From contig OY970399.1 of NCBI GenBank assembly GCA_963720545.1, forward strand, positions 3,744,001 through 3,808,000: DNA of 64,000 bases, in the 5' to 3' direction. The stretch is from an uncultured Acidobacteriota bacterium. GTDB taxonomy: Bacteria; Acidobacteriota; Vicinamibacteria; Fen-336. The notes beneath the pieces were generated by a model that was not told the origin of the DNA, did not search any database, and saw only the letters and a program-made list of their open reading frames with translations. How positions within the stretch are numbered: position 1 is the stretch's first letter; each line of letters starts with the position of its first letter. Made by a program: the position numbers and the translations under genes. Below, in pieces: positions 49,938 to 64,000 of this stretch.

Positions 49938-52900
49938 GCCGCGCCGCGCCGGAGCCCATCGCCATCGTCGGCATCGGCTGCCGTTTTCCGGGCGGCGCTT
50001 CCTCGCCCCGGGAATTCTGGGATCTGATGCGCGGCGGCGTCGACGCGATCGGCGAAGTGCCGCGCGAGCGGTTCGACCTCAGCGCGCTCTACGACGCACA
50101 GCCGGCGACGCCGGGCCGCGTGATGTCGCGCTTCGGCGGCTTCCTCGCGGGCGTCGAGGACTTCGACATCGACTTCTTCCACATGTCGCCGCGCGAGGCG
50201 GCGTCGCTCGACCCGCAGCAGCGCCTGCTGCTCGAGGTCGCGTTCGAGGCGCTCGAGGACGGCGGCCAGCCACTGCACCGCTGGCACGGCCGTTCGGTGG
50301 GTGTCTTCGTCGGCATGTGGCTGAACGAATACGAAGCGCGCATGTTCCGGCGCAACGAGGACATCGAGTTCTACATGACGACTGGCACGGGCCGCTATTC
50401 GGCGTCCGGCCGCCTGTCGAACCAGTTCGGCTGGACCGGACCGAGCATGACGGTCGACTGCGCCTGTTCATCGTCGCTCGTCGCCATCCACCTGGCTTGC
50501 CAGAGTTTGCGCCTCGGCGAGTCCGAGATGGCGCTCGCCGGCGGCGCCAACGTCATCCTCGAGCCGAGCATCACCATCGCGTATTCGCAGTCGCGCATGA
50601 TGGCGCCCGACGGCCGCTGCAAGTTCGGCGATGCCCGGGCGGACGGCTACGTGCGCAGCGACGGCGCCGGCGTCGTGGTGTTGAAGCGGTTCGCGGACGC
50701 GCAGGCGGCGGGCGACCCGGTGATCGCGGTGATCCGCGGCAGCGCGGTCAACAACGACGGCGACAGCAGCGGCTCGTTCGGCACGCCCGGCCGCGCCGGC
50801 CAGGAAGACATGCTGCGCAAGGCCTACAGCAATGCCGCCGTGGATCCGGCCGCTGTCTGGTACGTGGAGGCGCACGGCACCGGTACCCGCGCCGGCGATC
50901 CGGTCGAGATCGGGGCGCTCGGCGCCGTGCTCGGCGCCGGCCGCGCCGCCGCCAACCCGCTCCACGTCGGTTCGGTGAAGACCAACATCGGCCACACGGA
51001 AGGCGCTGCCGGGGTCGCCGGATTGATCAAGGCGGCGCTGGCGGTGCAGAGCGGCGTCATTCCGCGCAGCCTCAATCTCGTCTCGCTCAACCCCGAGATC
51101 CCGTGGGACAGCCTGCGCGTGGCGGTGGCGCGTGAAGAGGTCACGGCGGAACGGCCGGGGCGCATCGCCGGCGTCAGCTCGTTCGGGATCGCCGGCACCA
51201 ACGCACACGTGGTTCTCGAGCAAGCGCCGGCGCGTCCCGAAGCCGCTGCGGACCTGGGCGCGGCGCAGCGACCGCTGGTCCTGCCGCTGAGCGCGGCAAG
51301 CCCCGGGGCGTTGCGCGCGGCCGCGCAGCGGATGGCAGCGCACCTGCGTTCGGGAACTGCACCTCTGGAAGACGTGGTGCACACCTCCGGCAGCCGGCGC
51401 AGCCACCTCGAGCATCGCCTTGCGGTGGTCGGCGCCGATGCCAAAGCGCTGGCCGAGGGCTGCGACGCGTACGCGGCTCACGAAGAGCGCCGCGGCGTCG
51501 TGTCGGGATCGGCCGCGCCAGGCGCGCCCGGCGGCGTGGCCTTCGTCTTCCCGGGGCAGGGCGGACAATGGCCCGGGATGGCGCGGCAACTCGCCGGCGC
51601 CGAGCCGGTGTTCGCGGCGGCGCTCGCCGAATGCGATGCGGCGATTGTCGCGCGCGGCGGCCCCGCCGTGCTCGAAACCCTGGCAGCCGCCGATGCCGCG
51701 GCGCGCTTCGAGCGCATGGACGTGGTGCAGCCGGTGCTGTTCGCCGTCCAGGTTGCGCTGGCGCGGCTGTGGATGGCGCTCGGCGTCACGCCCGCCGCGG
51801 TGGTCGGCCACAGCATGGGGGAAGTGGCAGCGGCGCACATCGCGGGCATGCTGTCGCTGCAGGACGCCGCCGCGGTGATCGTGGACCGCAGCCGCCTGCT
51901 GCAGACGGTCAGTGGGCGCGGCGCCATGGCCGTGGTCGAGCTGCCGTTTGCGGAGGCAGGGGAGGCGGCACGGGCGGCAAACGGCCGGCTCTCCGTGGCG
52001 GTCAGCAACTCCGAGCAATCGACGGTGCTGTCCGGCGATCCGGAAGCCGTCGATGCCCTGATCGCGCGGCTCGAAGCGGCCGGTGTCTTCTGCCGCCGCG
52101 TGAACGTGACGGTCGCGGCGCACAGCGCGCAGATGGACCCGCTACGCCCGCAGCTCGTCGCCGGGCTGGCCGGCCTCGGTGCGCTGGCACCCGCGGTGCC
52201 GTTCGTCTCGACGGTCACGGGCAGCGTGCTCGAGATGCCGGCGGACGCCGACTATTGGGGCCGCAACCTGCGCGAGCCGGTGCGCTTCGCCGATGCCGTG
52301 CGCAGCGTGCGCGCGCTCGGCATCGATGCCTTCGTCGAGATCGGGCCGCACCCGGTGCTGCTGCACGCGCTGCGCGCCGGAGCGGCGCCGCCCGCGATCT
52401 CGGCGGTGCCGTCGGCGCGCCGCGAGGAGAACGAGAGCGAAACGCTGCTCGAGAGCTACGGCGCCTTGTACGCCGCAGGAGCGCAGGTCGACTGGAGCCG
52501 CCTGCAGCCGCGCGGCCGCCACACTGTCCTGCCGGCATATCCGTGGCAGCGCGAGCGCTTCTGGATCGAGAACAACGCCCAGCCCGCATCGGCGCCGGCG
52601 CCAGCGGCGGGCGTCGTCCACACGACCGAGTGGCGCGAACAGGCCCTGGCCGGGGCCACCGCCCCTGCGGGCCAGCGTGTCGTCATCTTCGCCGGCCAGT
52701 CGGTGTTCTGCGGCCTGCTCGCGGAGGCGCTGACGCGCCTTGGTGCCAGCGTCGAGATGTTGACGGCAGGCGGCGAGGCGCTGGCGTCCGAGGCGGCTGC
52801 GCGCGAAACGCTCGCGAGGGTGATGACACCGGGAGTCGTCACTCATCTCGTACACAGCGGCGGCCTCGACGCCGCCGGCGACTGGGAGGAAACGCTGGCA

Positions 52901-54456
52901 CAGGGGCCGCTCAGCCTGCTGCACCTCATGCAGGCGGTCGTCGCGTCGAGCCGCGAAAGCCACGCCCGTCTCGTCGTCCTGGGCCGTGCGGCTGACGCGG
53001 CCGTGTTCGCTCGTGCGGCGGCGCTCAACGACGGACTGGCCCGGGCCATCGATGCCGAGCACCCCGCGTTGCGGGTGCGCAGTTTCTTCCTCGGCGGGAC
53101 GCCGGGGCTCGCCGACGCCCAGGCAGTCGCACGGTCGATTGGCGCGGAAGGCGGCGTCGCGTTCGACAATCAGGTGCGGGTCACCGGCGGCGTCACCGCC
53201 GTGAAGCGGCTGGTTCGCACGCCGGCGCCGGCGCCGGTCGGGGTGATACCCGGACGCGACGGCACCTTCCTGATTACCGGCGGGCTCAGCGGCGTGGGCC
53301 TCCTGACGGCGCGGCACCTGGTCCTCGCCGAGGGTGTCCGCAGTCTCGCGCTCGCGGGTCGACGGCGCCCCGATGATGCCGCCCGTGCCGAAATCGCGCG
53401 TCTCGAGGACGCTGGTGCGCGCGTCCGGACGTTTTCGGCCGACGTCGCCGATCGCGCTGCCGTGGCCTCGCTGCTCACCGCGATCGACGCCGAAGGGCCA
53501 CCGCTCACCGGCGTGATCCACGCGGCAGCGATCCTCGACAACAGGATGCTCGCCGCGACCAGCGACGACTCGCTGCGCCAGGTGGCCGCGGCGAAGGCGC
53601 TCGGCGCCTGGCACCTCCATGAACTCACGGCAGGGCGTCCGCTCGACGTCTTCCTCATGTACTCGTCGGTGACGCCGCTGCTCGGCGTGACGATGCACGG
53701 CAACTACGGTGCGGCCAACACGTTCCTCGACGGCCTGGCCACGCATCGGCGCGCCCGCGGCCTGGCTGCCGCGGTCATCGCGTGGGGGCCGTGGCACGGA
53801 GTCGGTTTTGCCGTGGCGGGTGGAAACCGTCTCGCCGCATTCGGCCTGCGCGGCCTCACCGAGGCCGGCGGGCTGGATCTCCTGGGCCGCCTGCTGCGCA
53901 TGAACCTCGTGTATGCCGCCGCTGTCGAGGTGGATTGGCGTTTGTTCGCGGCAACCTTCCGCGACGCTGCAGCGTGGCCGATCTTCACCGACGTCGTGGC
54001 CGCGGGCGAGCCGCAGCGCGCAGCGGCAGCGCCGGCCGCGTCCGCCGCTGCGCTCAGGGCACAGGTCGAAGCGCTTGCGCCCGGCGCCGCGCGCCTCGAA
54101 TTTCTCGAAGACCGGGTCTGCGACATCCTGGCGGCGGTCGTGCGCCGTGGCGCGAACCAGCTCGACCGCGACAAGCCGTTCCGGGCCCTCGGTGTCGACT
54201 CGCTCATGGGCCTGGAACTGCGCAACCGCCTCGCCGCCGTTTTCGGAGTCGCGTTCCCCGCGACGCTCACCTTCAACTTCCCGAGCGTGCGCGCGCTCGC
54301 GCCCGAGCTCGCGCGCCGCGCAGGAATCGCCGTCGCGGCTGCCGGTGAAGCCATTGACGCGGCGGCCGAGAACGCCGAGCTCGAAGGGATGCTCGCCGAG
54401 CTCGAAGGCATGTCCGAGGACGATGCGCGGCTGAAGGCGGCGGGCAAGGGCGCGCG

Positions 54457-54460
<4 letters not shown>
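49934..54460 (+). CDS. type I PKS module KS-AT-KR-ACP
   Basis: KS DCACSSS/HGTGT/KTNIGH; AT GQGGQW, RMDVVQP, GHSMG, VAAHS; KR TGGLSGVG, HAAAILDN, YGAAN; ACP LGVDSL. Confidence 0.95.

Positions 54461-64000
<9,540 letters not shown>

Overview
High-GC bacterial chromosomal window. Gene content and order suggest Acidobacteriota/Vicinamibacteria, but that is inference. Positions 1-49 kb are mostly housekeeping and catabolic genes: a sigma54 activator, a GT-C-like membrane protein, Tat-exported IorAB-like Mo oxidoreductase divergent from a CadC-like wHTH/beta-propeller sensor, typA, aroB, terC, proS, pcm, tatAC, lnt, frameshifted prfB, PBP1A, a FecR/DUF6600 protein, tRNA-Leu(CAG), rnr, selB, pdhABC, large NAD-GDH, DUF885 and a complete hydroxyproline catabolic set. 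From 49.1 kb to the end is the start of a cis-AT modular type I PKS cluster (TEII; KS-AT-KR-ACP; KS-AT-DH-ER-KR-ACP; KS-AT-MT..., truncated). Most notable signals: (1) selB has no canonical start codon and lies in frame, behind a single TAG, with an unknown protein made of two 50-aa repeats; (2) the PKS has atypical AT motifs and no visible loading module; (3) an 11-bp-phased operator lies between the sensor and iorAB; (4) a DUF885 peptidase-like gene is coupled to the hydroxyproline operon; (5) many starts look leaderless, one looks like CTG, and a sigma54 promoter/enhancer overlaps the tRNA promoter. No CRISPR array, rRNA or mobile element was seen. All family calls come from reading motifs by eye, not from database searches.
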